From IMG/VR virus record IMGVR_UViG_3300021399_000003, positions 32,001-96,000 of that record: a stretch of DNA of 64,000 bases. One strand, 5' to 3'. Positions 20,924-30,859 of the stretch are shown piece by piece (position 1 is the stretch's first letter; each line of letters begins with the position of its first letter). The DNA comes from a virus. Its lineage: Duplodnaviria; Caudoviricetes. The position numbers and the translations under genes are program-made. The notes beneath the pieces are model-generated. The model was not told where the DNA came from, ran no database searches, and worked only from the letters and a program-made list of their open reading frames with translations.

Positions 20924-21082
20924 TTATTTAAAAAGCTCTGGAGCATAGTGCTCTAATGCCTGATAAATACGAAAGACCGGAATTAGTCTTCCACCATTTG
21001 TATAAATTTGTTCGTTATCAAAGAAACTATAATCGTCTATAAATTCGTTAATAGTTTCAGGAAAAATCATCATATCTGCCAT
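20924..21082 (-). CDS. Small hypothetical protein (52 aa)
   Basis: Manual translation MADMMIFPETINEFIDDYSFFD... Confidence 0.5.
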   Translation of the reverse strand: MADMMIFPETINEFIDDYSFFDNEQIYTNGGRLIPVFRIYQALEHYAPELFK

Positions 21083-21251
21083 ATTATTAGCCTCATTTTA
21101 TTTTTTCATTTAATTCTTTGAAAATTTTCCATAAGCACTTAAAATTGCCTTCTTCATCTTTTATTGAAATATTGTAGAATTGACACATTCTATAAAATAA
21201 ATTTTCCCAATCATCTAATAAATCAAACATATTTCCATCCAAAATTATTTT

Positions 21252-23114
21252 TTAATTATTAAGAATACTAAAATCAACATTCTCAAATAGAAATTCTCTT
21301 CTCGGTTCAACATCAATACCCATAAGCATCTTTAAACTTTCAGCCGCGGCTTCAACATCTTTCATAGAGAGAATTTCAAGACGACGATTTTGTGGATGAA
21401 GCATAGACTGCTCCATATCTTCTGGATTGAGCTCTCCCAAGCCCTTCGCTCTTGTGATGTCCCAACTTTCGTGGCCTTTACGCACTTGCGCTAATTCATT
21501 ATCATCATAAGCAAACAAACGATTATTTCCTTTCTGAAGCTTGTAGAGCGGTGCACGCAACCAACAAAGTCTATTTTCAAGAATAAATTCCGGCATTAAT
21601 ACATAGAACATTGTTGCTACAAGACACATAATGTTATAGCCGTCAACATCAGCATCAACCGCGATAGCAACCTTACCATAATTTAACTTTTTACTATTAT
21701 ATCGGTTTTGAATGCCGCAACCAAGAGCCATAATAATATCCGAAACTTCCTGATTTTCAAGACATTCATCAAGTGGATGCTTTAATAAATTCTTTACCTT
21801 ACCGCGCACTGCATAAAGGGCTTCTGTATTAACATCGCGTGCAGGAAGCAATCCGCCCAACGCAGAATTACCCTCGCAAACAATTAGCATAGAATCTTGT
21901 CCATGCTTTTCACAATCTTTAAATTTATCAGAAGAAGTAATTTTTTGTTTCTTATGCTCGGTTTCCTTTTTCTCCATATTAAGGACGGCATTGCGGGCTT
22001 TTTCTGCCGCGGCTTCCGCTTTTTCAATTTTCTTTAACATCTCTACAATAGTGGTAAATTCATTATTATATTTAATGTTCATTTCTTTTAAAGCCGCGGT
22101 GAAAGCAGTTGTAGCCAGTGTTCGTAGAGAAGGGTTATTAATCTTGGTTTTTGTTTGGTTAGCAAATGAAGGATTTTCTACTTTACAATTAACTACATAA
22201 AATAGATTTTTACGAATATATTCTCCGTCAAAGTTCTGACCAGATAGATTGTTAAAAGTCTTAGTTATTGCCGCGCGAGCACCAGTTACTGGAGTCCCAA
22301 GTTCGGGGCAACGAAGACCGTTCACGAATACATATGGGGTTTCGCGCTTAGTTCCCCATTGAAACGCGATTTCTATTGTATCTGTTCCATCAGTAGCAGA
22401 ACCAGTAATGATATGTTTTTGTAGCGGCTTTTGAACCATTTCTTTTACAAAATCTACAATTCCTTCTTTCGCACAATAAGTTTTAGTTTCTTTCCCGCAA
22501 GAAACTATAAATTCAATGCCAGGATATAAATATGAAATGTCTTTGATGTCTGTGCAAATACGCTCATAAGAATATCCAATTTCTCCATTGGAAAATACTT
22601 CTGGGTCAGGCTTAAAGCGCACATATGTGCCATTGGCATCTTTTGTGGTTCCTTCTTTATAAGTAACTAAGTTACCCTTTTCAAAAAAGGCACAGGCACA
22701 CTTACCATCACGATTACTTTGAACTTCAAATTTTTCAGAAGATAGACAAGTACAACTAGCACCTAGGCCATTAAGACCACTAGAATTTTTATAAGCATTA
22801 TGATTAAATTTGCCGCCAGTATGAGATTGAGTGTAGACAGAAACTAATACATTTTCACCGTTTTCACGGATACCAAAGGGAACGCCGCGGCCATAATCAC
22901 GCACCATAACGGCATTTTCTTTTTCGTCTACATCAATTTCAATACGCTTGCCGAAACCGGCAAGTGCTTCATCTGTGCTATTATTTATAATTTCCTTTAA
23001 AGCCTGATAAGTTCCTTCTATGTCATCCGACCCTAAATACATCTGAATACGGGTACGAACACCAGTACGAAAATCCAACCTTTCAATGGAGTTAATGTCA
23101 TAATTTTGATTCAC
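21252..23114 (-). CDS. gyrB: Type IIA topoisomerase, gyrase B-like subunit
   Basis: EIINNSTDE, DYGRGVP, HTGGKF, EGNSA, DADVDG, KGLGE. Confidence 0.93.
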   Translation of the reverse strand: MNQNYDINSIERLDFRTGVRTRIQMYLGSDDIEGTYQALKEIINNSTDEALAGFGKRIEIDVDEKENAVMVRDYGRGVPFGIRENGENVLVSVYTQSHTGGKFNHNAYKNSSGLNGLGASCTCLSSEKFEVQSNRDGKCACAFFEKGNLVTYKEGTTKDANGTYVRFKPDPEVFSNGEIGYSYERICTDIKDISYLYPGIEFIVSCGKETKTYCAKEGIVDFVKEMVQKPLQKHIITGSATDGTDTIEIAFQWGTKRETPYVFVNGLRCPELGTPVTGARAAITKTFNNLSGQNFDGEYIRKNLFYVVNCKVENPSFANQTKTKINNPSLRTLATTAFTAALKEMNIKYNNEFTTIVEMLKKIEKAEAAAEKARNAVLNMEKKETEHKKQKITSSDKFKDCEKHGQDSMLIVCEGNSALGGLLPARDVNTEALYAVRGKVKNLLKHPLDECLENQEVSDIIMALGCGIQNRYNSKKLNYGKVAIAVDADVDGYNIMCLVATMFYVLMPEFILENRLCWLRAPLYKLQKGNNRLFAYDDNELAQVRKGHESWDITRAKGLGELNPEDMEQSMLHPQNRRLEILSMKDVEAAAESLKMLMGIDVEPRREFLFENVDFSILNN

Positions 23115-23182
23115 ATTATCCCTCCTTTTCTTTACATTTAATTATAACATAAAATAAAGAAAAAGTCAACTAATTAGTTGAC

Positions 23183-23572
23183 TTATTTATGCCAAGTTTC
23201 TCTAGCCCTTAATCTATATGAATAACGAGTAAATTCTTCTCCGCTCTCTAGGTCTCTTACTAACCAAGCATATCCATCATGTGGAACACGATACCCCAAT
23301 TCTTTAATTAATACACAATTATTATATTCCAATCCGGGTTTTAAATCTAGTTTTGGTAAACCGCCATTTTTACATTTTGGACATGCTTTTGGATAAGAGG
23401 TAAGATTATCTTGACGAACTGCGCCCCAAGGATTGTCTTTATTCTTTCCAGGGTTTTCTCTGCCGCAATATTTACATATTACATTCCAAAGTGGGCCACG
23501 TTGAAAATATTCTGTTGCTTCTTTATTAATACTAATTGGATTATAAGGGCTATATTCACTTATTTTAATCAT
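23183..23572 (-). CDS. Hypothetical Zn-ribbon protein (endonuclease DNA-binding-module-like)
   Basis: WNVICKYCG..CPKC. Confidence 0.55.
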   Translation of the reverse strand: MIKISEYSPYNPISINKEATEYFQRGPLWNVICKYCGRENPGKNKDNPWGAVRQDNLTSYPKACPKCKNGGLPKLDLKPGLEYNNCVLIKELGYRVPHDGYAWLVRDLESGEEFTRYSYRLRARETWHK

Positions 23573-23747
23573 TAGATTTATATTTCTCCTTATACTATCA
23601 TCGTAATAAAACTTAAAATCGGATGTTCTTTTTCTAATGGTTTAATTCTATTTTCATATATCCATTCTGCTTTTGGATAAGGTCCCCAATTATAGCAATA
23701 ATTAAAGAAAGACCAGTAATTACGTAATTCTTTATATATTTTCCACA

Positions 23748-24227
23748 TTATGTTAATACCGTTTCGCACTCTTTCTGCTGATAAAGTAATAAAGTCGGGT
23801 CAAGAATAATTTCAGCAATCTTTTTAATACTCTCATAAAGATTCTTTTTATTTGTGTTCCAAAAATGAGAGCATCCACAGAAAGTCATTAAAGAAGTTGA
23901 TTCTTCTGTAATTTGAATAACATAAACGATTTTTTTCTTCGCAAAGGCATATCCTTGTTCCCAATTTGTACCGGCTGTGCTATGTCTTCCAAGACTAATC
24001 ATTAGAAAAACATCACAATTATCAATTGCTTCTACATCTTTCCAAAATACTTGTGCACCCCAACTTTCTTGTGACATGTGCCAAGCATCTTCAATTTTAA
24101 GTTCCCAAGGACAATAAACTTCAAAACTCGGCTCATGACGAAGCCAACCAGCAATATTCATCATGGTTGTACGATTTTCAGTATCACAAGGGCCGGCAAG
24201 ATAGATTTTCATAGTTACTCCTTCCAA
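23748..24227 (-). CDS. Nucleoside 2-deoxyribosyltransferase family
   Basis: KIYLAGP, DVEAIDNCD, AGTNWEQGYA. Confidence 0.85.
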   Translation of the reverse strand: MEGVTMKIYLAGPCDTENRTTMMNIAGWLRHEPSFEVYCPWELKIEDAWHMSQESWGAQVFWKDVEAIDNCDVFLMISLGRHSTAGTNWEQGYAFAKKKIVYVIQITEESTSLMTFCGCSHFWNTNKKNLYESIKKIAEIILDPTLLLYQQKECETVLT

Positions 24228-24580
24228 ATTTCATTTAAAACATCATAAAGAACTTCTCCAAGTAAATAGCATCGTATAGTACAATCTAGATATCTAGCTA
24301 AATCATTGCTATGCAAATGAGTCAAAATAGTTTTCATTTCAACACCAAATTCTTCACATGCTATCATAGCCTTCTCTAAATTATGCGATAAATATGTTTC
24401 GCAATTATATTCATTATCATAATAATTACCGCCATTACCAGTAATAGAATCATCCGCCCATAGTTCACTATAAAGATAATCTTCAAGGTCAGTACGAAAT
24501 TCCCAGTCATCTAATGTAATATTACGATTAATATAATCTAATATATCTTGTTTCATTTCTGTTCTATAATGGTAACTCAT
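24215..24580 (-). CDS. Hypothetical protein
   Basis: ORF with RBS. Confidence 0.65.
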   Translation of the reverse strand: MSYHYRTEMKQDILDYINRNITLDDWEFRTDLEDYLYSELWADDSITGNGGNYYDNEYNCETYLSHNLEKAMIACEEFGVEMKTILTHLHSNDLARYLDCTIRCYLLGEVLYDVLNEIWKE

Positions 24581-24713
24581 GATTTACGCTCCATAATTTG
24601 TCTAATTTTTCGTAATTCTCTTTCAATACCATTTAATGAATAAAGAGAAATCCAAGGTAAAATAATACCTAATCCAATTATTGTAATTAGAATAATAATA
24701 ACTATTTCTTCAA

Positions 24714-25435
24714 TCATGCTATCTCCCATCTACCATCAGGCATAATTTCAAGTATATCTTGGTAAAGTATATTAAATTTTTGGTCATCATATGAACGGTC
24801 AACATGATAATGAGCCATATACCACTTATTAAAAGTAGTAGTCATTCTTACAAACTTTTCGAGAAAGTTTGTAATATCATCATGCGCGTTTTCATAAGGA
24901 AAAAGTTTATCTACAATATAATTTGGGCCACAATGAGTAATTATATTATTAATTTGGAAGTTATGTGCGCGAAGATTGTTTGCGGCATAATCCATTTCAT
25001 TCCAAGTAGGTATCTCTTGCGGCCACCAAGATTTACCTTCCTTACGATAAGCTTTATCTACAGAAGTGGCACCACCCATACAGAAAAAAGTTTGATTATT
25101 AATAGTGAAAATTTCACCATTTTCTATATACATTACATGCGGTCGCACTCTACGAACTTTCGCACCATGCCACTCGGTAATTGGAATCACGCGAAGAAGG
25201 TCATAATTCTCATGATTGCCAAGAACAGAAATTACTGTATAAGGTCTATCTTCAAGCCAATCACACCAATATTTAACTTCGTTTGAACTATCCCAAGTTA
25301 ATCCAGCGTCACCGCAAATGATAACTGTATCTTCTTTATCAAGTTCACGTGAATTGGGCCAATTTTTAAAATTTAGCTTTTTTATATCTATATTAAGGTG
25401 AATATCACCTAACCAGTCACGAAAATTCGTGACAC
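24714..25435 (-). pseudogene. Calcineurin-like metallophosphoesterase interrupted by a 5-nt insertion (pseudogene or recoded gene)
   Basis: GTG at 25435 gives MSRIFVTG then TAG; a shifted frame continues DIH..GDAG..GNHE..TH..HYH; extra TAGGT at 25407-25411. Confidence 0.75.
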
Positions 25436-25436
25436 A

Positions 25437-25646
25437 TTAATCATCTCCTTTTTTATCCCATTTTTCACAATGATTAAATTTATTTTCAATCATCCCATAA
25501 CAAACTAAAAATGGACAATTATCTAAATAATAATCGCGCGATTCCATACGATAATAACATCCGTAGCAATTACCATTACAATCCAATGCTTCTTTATCAA
25601 ATTTTTGTAGAAGATTTAGAAGTTGTAGTATTTCGGTCTGTGTCAC
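25437..25646 (-). CDS. Small Cys-rich hypothetical protein
   Basis: ORF track. Confidence 0.55.
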   Translation of the reverse strand: MTQTEILQLLNLLQKFDKEALDCNGNCYGCYYRMESRDYYLDNCPFLVCYGMIENKFNHCEKWDKKGDD

Positions 25647-25829
25647 TATTAATCTTCCTTTCTTTGATTATAAATGTCATCTCCGCCATAATAACGCGAT
25701 TCCGCGCAACCTTCATTAGCAAAATTAAAAGAGCATCCATAAAAATTAATTATAGTGCCAGTAGTTTCAAACTGTTCCTCAATTATTTTTTTAATTTCTT
25801 CTTCTATATTCATAATATTTTCTGCCATG

Positions 25830-26072
25830 TTATCCCTCCCATGAGTATTTTTCTATTTTCTTTGGCTTTTCGTTATACCACTTTTTGCGGGCACCGCAAT
25901 GTGGGCAATAGGAATAAATGTATTTTATCTTTGATTTCCAATAGCCTTCTTCATCTTTTTCATATGAAGAACAAGCATATTGAAAACCGCATTTACAATG
26001 GGCATAAATTGCGACATCTGCATAGTATCGCCGCATTTCCCACCAATGATCAGTTCCTCTTTTCATCTTCAT
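25830..26072 (-). CDS. Zn-ribbon hypothetical protein
   Basis: CKCG..YCPHCGA. Confidence 0.65.
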   Translation of the reverse strand: MKMKRGTDHWWEMRRYYADVAIYAHCKCGFQYACSSYEKDEEGYWKSKIKYIYSYCPHCGARKKWYNEKPKKIEKYSWEG

Positions 26073-26355
26073 TTATTGTTACACTGAAACCTACAATTTC
26101 TAGTCCATAAAATTTGTTGAGCAAATAATCACAAACAGAATCAATATTATCAATAAGCACATCTTTACCTAAAGAAAAATTATCGTTATCTAAATCGCCA
26201 AATCCAATAATTTCTACATCTCTATATCCTAGACTCTTTGCTTTTTCTCGTAAAGCGCGAGAATTAGATGTAAGAATTATATTGTTCTTTTCTCTTGCGG
26301 CTTGAAGTAACTTTATAGTTTTGCCGCTACCGCGAGGTCCAATAATATTAATCAT
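26050..26355 (-). CDS. Small P-loop protein
   Basis: GPRGSGKT, VLIDN. Confidence 0.7.
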   Translation of the reverse strand: MINIIGPRGSGKTIKLLQAAREKNNIILTSNSRALREKAKSLGYRDVEIIGFGDLDNDNFSLGKDVLIDNIDSVCDYLLNKFYGLEIVGFSVTINEDEKRN

Positions 26356-26701
26356 TTTCTAGTTCCTCCACCGTATAGACATCAGTGTATTTTGTATGTT
26401 CTATGATTTTATAATTATCATAGATTTCATTTATTGATGTATTGTCATTTACTTTTATAATATATTGCTTGCGGCCAGTATCCACTTTAGGCTCAATAAT
26501 TGTAAGAACAAGTCCAATTAAAAAAACTAATAATCCAATAGCAACAAAACAAGTTAATATTGTCGCGCTTATTTCATGACTCTCGCCATACAGCAATCCT
26601 GCTAAAATTAAGCATATGACAGCACCTGCTAAACCATATAACATAAAGTTTATATAATTTCCTGGCGCTTCAATAATAGGAATTGTTTCAAGTATAGTCA
26701 T
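26348..26701 (-). CDS. Membrane protein (2 TM)
   Basis: Two hydrophobic helices; same layout as 26688..27059. Confidence 0.7.
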   Translation of the reverse strand: MTILETIPIIEAPGNYINFMLYGLAGAVICLILAGLLYGESHEISATILTCFVAIGLLVFLIGLVLTIIEPKVDTGRKQYIIKVNDNTSINEIYDNYKIIEHTKYTDVYTVEELEND

Positions 26702-27059
26702 CTACATAATCTCCTTCAATTATATAAATTTCTTTTGTTTCATAAGGTTTTTCTTTTACTGTATAATTGGGACCGAGTTCTTTCCATGCGTTATCATCGG
26801 TTATTTCAATTGTATATTCAATTTTAGATGGATAATTAAAGATGGTTTTACTTTCTTCAATAAAAGTTAAAGCGATACAAACAATAAATAAAACGAAGAA
26901 AATCCAACAAACTGGGCCAGCCCATTCTTCACACCCATCTAGCCACATTAAAGCAAAGAAGAAAGTAAGACACATCATAATGGCCCACGCGGCAATACCA
27001 TACCACATTGGACTAAAAATAGTTCGTTGAGAAAGAATACATACGCCTTGAATATTCAT
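26688..27059 (-). CDS. Membrane protein (2 TM)
   Basis: Two hydrophobic helices; own promoter upstream. Confidence 0.7.
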   Translation of the reverse strand: MNIQGVCILSQRTIFSPMWYGIAAWAIMMCLTFFFALMWLDGCEEWAGPVCWIFFVLFIVCIALTFIEESKTIFNYPSKIEYTIEITDDNAWKELGPNYTVKEKPYETKEIYIIEGDYVDDYT

Positions 27060-27189
27060 TTTATTTCTCCTTTTTCTTTATTATAACATAGTTTTAAGAT
27101 TGTGTCAAATATTGCGCGCGTTCGCGCCATATTTTTTCTTTTTCTATATATTTTTATTTTTTACATATTTATATATATATTTATATTAC

Positions 27190-27382
27190 TATACCAAAAT
27201 TTGACCGCGAATATACCAATTTTTGGTATATAGATTTTTGAAACTACCAAAAATTGACTTTCAATATACCAATTTTTGACCGTTGGAACTATCAAAAATT
27301 GGGTTATTGAGAAACTACCAAAAATTGGTAGTTTCCCGCAGTCAATTTTTGGGTTATTTATGAAGTCAATTTTTGGTATATT
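27190..27382. repeat. Iteron-like array (candidate replication origin)
   Basis: About 9 copies of CAAAAATTG/CAATTTTTG-type units in both orientations, palindromes such as GAAACTACCAAAAATTGGTAGTTTC, flanked by an AT-rich tract at 27130-27190. Confidence 0.7.
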
Positions 27383-27720
27383 AAATCGGCATGACCGCAA
27401 GGATAAAAGTAATATACATTTTGTGAAACTTCTATCATATACTTTTTTTGAATAAGTTCGTCTTTTATTGTTCGTATTGTATTTTTGCTTCCTATTCCTA
27501 ATGCTTCACAAAGATGAACTGGCGAAAAATCATAATATCCTTTACCTTGCCATTTTAGAAGATAGAGCCATAGTTTAAAGGCATTGCCGCTAAGATTCTG
27601 TAAAGCGACTTCATAATATTCCCAATTTATTGGCTGTAAGAAACTATCATTAGTTCCTTCTTTATGAGTAATTGAATCAAATAATTTAATTTCAATTCTT
27701 TTTTGATTTTTATAATTCAT
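27358..27720 (-). CDS. Winged-HTH protein, replication-initiator-like
   Basis: LSGNAFKLWLYL...LCEALGIGSKNTIRTIKDELIQKKYM; abuts the repeat array. Confidence 0.6.
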   Translation of the reverse strand: MNYKNQKRIEIKLFDSITHKEGTNDSFLQPINWEYYEVALQNLSGNAFKLWLYLLKWQGKGYYDFSPVHLCEALGIGSKNTIRTIKDELIQKKYMIEVSQNVYYFYPCGHADLIYQKLTS

Positions 27721-27750
27721 ACTGCTTCCTCCTGAATAATAACCTGTATA

Positions 27751-27933
27751 TTAACGTTTAGCGCGTTTAACCGCTAATGGAATGGCCGCACGTAATTCTG
27801 GTGTATCTTCAAACCAATAAACATCGTATTGAGGCTTTTTAGTATTGGCAGTAGTTTTTATTAGTTTAAATCCTAAATCGCGTAATGCGGCCGCAACTCT
27901 TGGCATATAGATTATATAAAGTTTATCATTCAT
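27751..27933 (-). CDS. Small hypothetical protein (DUF5659-like)
   Basis: AAALRDLGF...VYWFEDTPEL. Confidence 0.55.
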   Translation of the reverse strand: MNDKLYIIYMPRVAAALRDLGFKLIKTTANTKKPQYDVYWFEDTPELRAAIPLAVKRAKR

Positions 27934-28153
27934 AATTATACTCCTTCATTTTTTCTTCCATTCGCATTAATAGGGATAGAGATGGCTTATCTCTTTTATG
28001 AATTATTTTGTTAAAATGAGAACGGCTGATACTTAATGCTCCAGCGGCTTCACCCTGATTTTTAAAATATAAAGGCCAAAATTTAATATATTTATTTATA
28101 ATTTCTTCAATCAATATTCCCACACCTCCAACATAAAGAAATAATCCTATCAT
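27926..28153 (-). CDS. Small XRE/Cro-like HTH protein
   Basis: QGEAAGALSISRSHFNKII..PS; true start probably downstream of the track start. Confidence 0.6.
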   Translation of the reverse strand: MIGLFLYVGGVGILIEEIINKYIKFWPLYFKNQGEAAGALSISRSHFNKIIHKRDKPSLSLLMRMEEKMKEYNYE

Positions 28154-28329
28154 AAGATAGGTATTATTTCTAATTTATTTCTTGAACATTTTATTCCATT
28201 CTTTTCTTGAAATTTGTAATAACCCTCTTCTCAACATATACTGCGCTCGCGTATAATTCTTTTTTCTTACTCGTTTCTTCTTATGCCAACAAGCACGCTG
28301 ATAGGTTTTATTAAACATGACAATTATTT

Positions 28330-28533
28330 TCATATGTTGTTCATTGAGTTGCATTCTTTTCTCCGTTGAATTAAGATGTTCATATTATCATAATCTAATT
28401 GCCAAGGCCAATATAAACTAGCATTTTTACAATCTTTTACATGAGGATGATGACAATCATCTATTTCAAAATATTTACAATGCGTATTGCCGCAAGTCTC
28501 TGCTAAATAAGAATACTCATGCCATTGAATCAT
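28330..28533 (-). CDS. Small hypothetical protein
   Basis: ORF with promoter and RBS. Confidence 0.55.
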   Translation of the reverse strand: MIQWHEYSYLAETCGNTHCKYFEIDDCHHPHVKDCKNASLYWPWQLDYDNMNILIQRRKECNSMNNI

Positions 28534-28587
28534 ATTTTTTCCTTTCTAAAATAAGTATACCATAATTTTATATAGAGGTCAAAGAAA

Positions 28588-29283
28588 TTAATAAGGTCTT
28601 ATGCGTCCTGATGTTTTCATTTTATTTTTATTCATTTTAACAATTTCTTCTATTGATAAAGTGTCATTAATTCTACGCCAAAGAAAATGTTTATGCGAAT
28701 AAGCATAGTGGGCACAACATCTATTTACTTCGTTTCTGTCAAAACCTGCTTCTTTGACTTCTTTTGAAGTATTAAAACGCCGGATAAAATTACCCTCCAA
28801 ATCATATTGTTCTATTGGAATACTATTTTTATTTTCTCGTATTTTAGCGGAGCGTTGTTTCTTTTGTTCGGTGTCAATACCTAAATTAGATAAAGTATAA
28901 CTGGCTGTCATATAAGTACATCCCAATTCATTACTAATATCAGAGCAAGAATAGCCTCTATTCCATAAATTAAGAATTTCTTTTTCAGAATATTTTTTAT
29001 CGCCCTCTCCGCCAATGGTAGAATTATATCCCTTTTTATAGGAATCATAGAAATTAATCCAATAAATTTCTCTTTCATTTAATTGTTCTTCAGGTATATT
29101 ATCTTCTATTATAGAAGGATAAAAATGTTCAATTCCATATTTACGAATTGCGTAATAAAATTTATTATTTGTATAATAGCTATCTTTTTGATGGTCTTTC
29201 CAACGAATTTCTAAAGTTCTTGTAGTTTTTCCTACATAAACCTTATTATTAATATCATTGATTATCTTATAAATTAAACCCAT
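28588..29283 (-). CDS. GIY-YIG homing endonuclease (HTH + NUMOD1-like)
   Basis: GLIYKIIN..VYVGKT..RW, GYNSTIGG, IEQYDLEGN. Confidence 0.9.
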   Translation of the reverse strand: MGLIYKIINDINNKVYVGKTTRTLEIRWKDHQKDSYYTNNKFYYAIRKYGIEHFYPSIIEDNIPEEQLNEREIYWINFYDSYKKGYNSTIGGEGDKKYSEKEILNLWNRGYSCSDISNELGCTYMTASYTLSNLGIDTEQKKQRSAKIRENKNSIPIEQYDLEGNFIRRFNTSKEVKEAGFDRNEVNRCCAHYAYSHKHFLWRRINDTLSIEEIVKMNKNKMKTSGRIRPY

Positions 29284-29287
29284 AAAA

Positions 29288-29500
29288 TCACATCCATATA
29301 TCTTCTAATTGTTTAATAAAAGATTGAATATGGTGTTCTATTGATTCTTCCATTCGTTTGGAAATATTGTAATCTGTTTTCATCCATTTAGAAATACTAG
29401 TTGCGTGGCATTCGCAAATTTTCCCTAATTGATTGAATGAAAAACCGTTGTCAATTAAATATTGAATTTTTTCCTTTAAAGTCATATTCAATCCCTCCAT
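29288..29500 (-). CDS. Small HTH protein
   Basis: FSFNQLGKICECHATSISKW. Confidence 0.6.
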   Translation of the reverse strand: MEGLNMTLKEKIQYLIDNGFSFNQLGKICECHATSISKWMKTDYNISKRMEESIEHHIQSFIKQLEDIWM

Positions 29501-29560
29501 AGGGATAGTGATGGAGAAAGAGAAGAAATATGTTAATTTCTTCTCATTTCTCTGATTTTT

Positions 29561-30859
29561 TTAAACATTTTCTAGATTTTTGTCTTTTAAAATAATATTT
29601 AAAATAATTCCCACAATAATTGCAAGACAGATGCCTGAAATATTAAAAGCTCCAGAAGTAATTGCTAAACCAGAAGTTCCTACCATTAGCATAATAGCAA
29701 AAATCCACATAGTTTTTTGATTTTCAAAGTTAATATTTGCTTGTTTTAAATATTTCATTGCACTCGCCCCAATCATACCATAGCAGCAAATTGATGCTCC
29801 CGCGAATACTGCATTAGGCATTGCTTGAAGTGCGGCATTAAAAGGCCCCAAGAACGCTAATAAAATTAATTCTATTGCTGCGAGTAATGTAATATATACA
29901 CTTGCACATTTGCTAATAAGAATAGCTGAAAGATTTTCTGTATAAGTTGTGTTTGGTTGAGCCCCAATGATAGTTCCAATTAAAGAACCTAAACCATCGC
30001 CGCATAGTGTCCTTGATAAACTAGGATCTTTTAGAAAATCTCTTCCGCAAATATTTGAAGCATTTATCATATCTCCAAGATGTTCAGCTAATGCCGCGGC
30101 GGAAACTAACGTGAAACTAATAATAATTTGTGGTAAAACACTCCAATCAAAATTCTTAAATGAAACGTGTAAAAATGCAAAATCTGGAATAGTGATTAAT
30201 TTCATATTTTGGAAGTGTGTTAAATCTACTAATGGAGCAAAATTAGTTAAAGTTAAAATTAAACTTAAAATATAACCTCCTAAAACTCCAAAAAGAATAG
30301 GCCAACGTTTAACAATTCCTTTTCCATAAAAAGCACAAAGTAAAGTAATTAACATATCAAATAATGCTATTCCAACACCAAGTAATGAATAAGAACCATT
30401 GATTTGTGCGTAAGTGGGAATAAAAAATCCTAATTGAATAGAAATAATTAATATAATTGCTCCTGACATTACTGGCGTAATTAATTTAGTTATCCAATCT
30501 ACGCCAAATCGTTTAATAAATAATGCTGCAAGACAGTAAATAGTTGCAATAACTATACCACCTAAAATTACCCCAGCAAAATTTTTTTGAATTGGTCCCG
30601 CGAGAGCAATAGCCCCAATAACTGCGGAAACTGTCGCACCACTATTTGAAATTACAATAGGAGCTCTAAATTTTGTGATAAATAGAAAAAATATTGTTGA
30701 AATACCTGCGGCACACATACCAGCAGTTAAATTTGTGCCCGCGATTAAGCAAATTAAAAGTGTCGCTGTAATACAAGATAAAACAACTTGTAAAGAATAG
30801 CCAATCCATTCTTTTAAGGTTTGTGGCTTATCGTTAATGCCATATAACATATTATTCAT
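29561..30859 (-). CDS. Uracil/xanthine permease, NCS2 family (UraA/PyrP-like)
   Basis: About 12-13 TM; AEHLGD, GDGLG, QPNTTYTEN signature. Confidence 0.88.
   Translation of the reverse strand: MNNMLYGINDKPQTLKEWIGYSLQVVLSCITATLLICLIAGTNLTAGMCAAGISTIFFLFITKFRAPIVISNSGATVSAVIGAIALAGPIQKNFAGVILGGIVIATIYCLAALFIKRFGVDWITKLITPVMSGAIILIISIQLGFFIPTYAQINGSYSLLGVGIALFDMLITLLCAFYGKGIVKRWPILFGVLGGYILSLILTLTNFAPLVDLTHFQNMKLITIPDFAFLHVSFKNFDWSVLPQIIISFTLVSAAALAEHLGDMINASNICGRDFLKDPSLSRTLCGDGLGSLIGTIIGAQPNTTYTENLSAILISKCASVYITLLAAIELILLAFLGPFNAALQAMPNAVFAGASICCYGMIGASAMKYLKQANINFENQKTMWIFAIMLMVGTSGLAITSGAFNISGICLAIIVGIILNIILKDKNLENV

Noticed and set aside
27161-27400. 79-aa ORF
   Set aside because: Translation of the repeat array (recurring PKI/QFL); no RBS.
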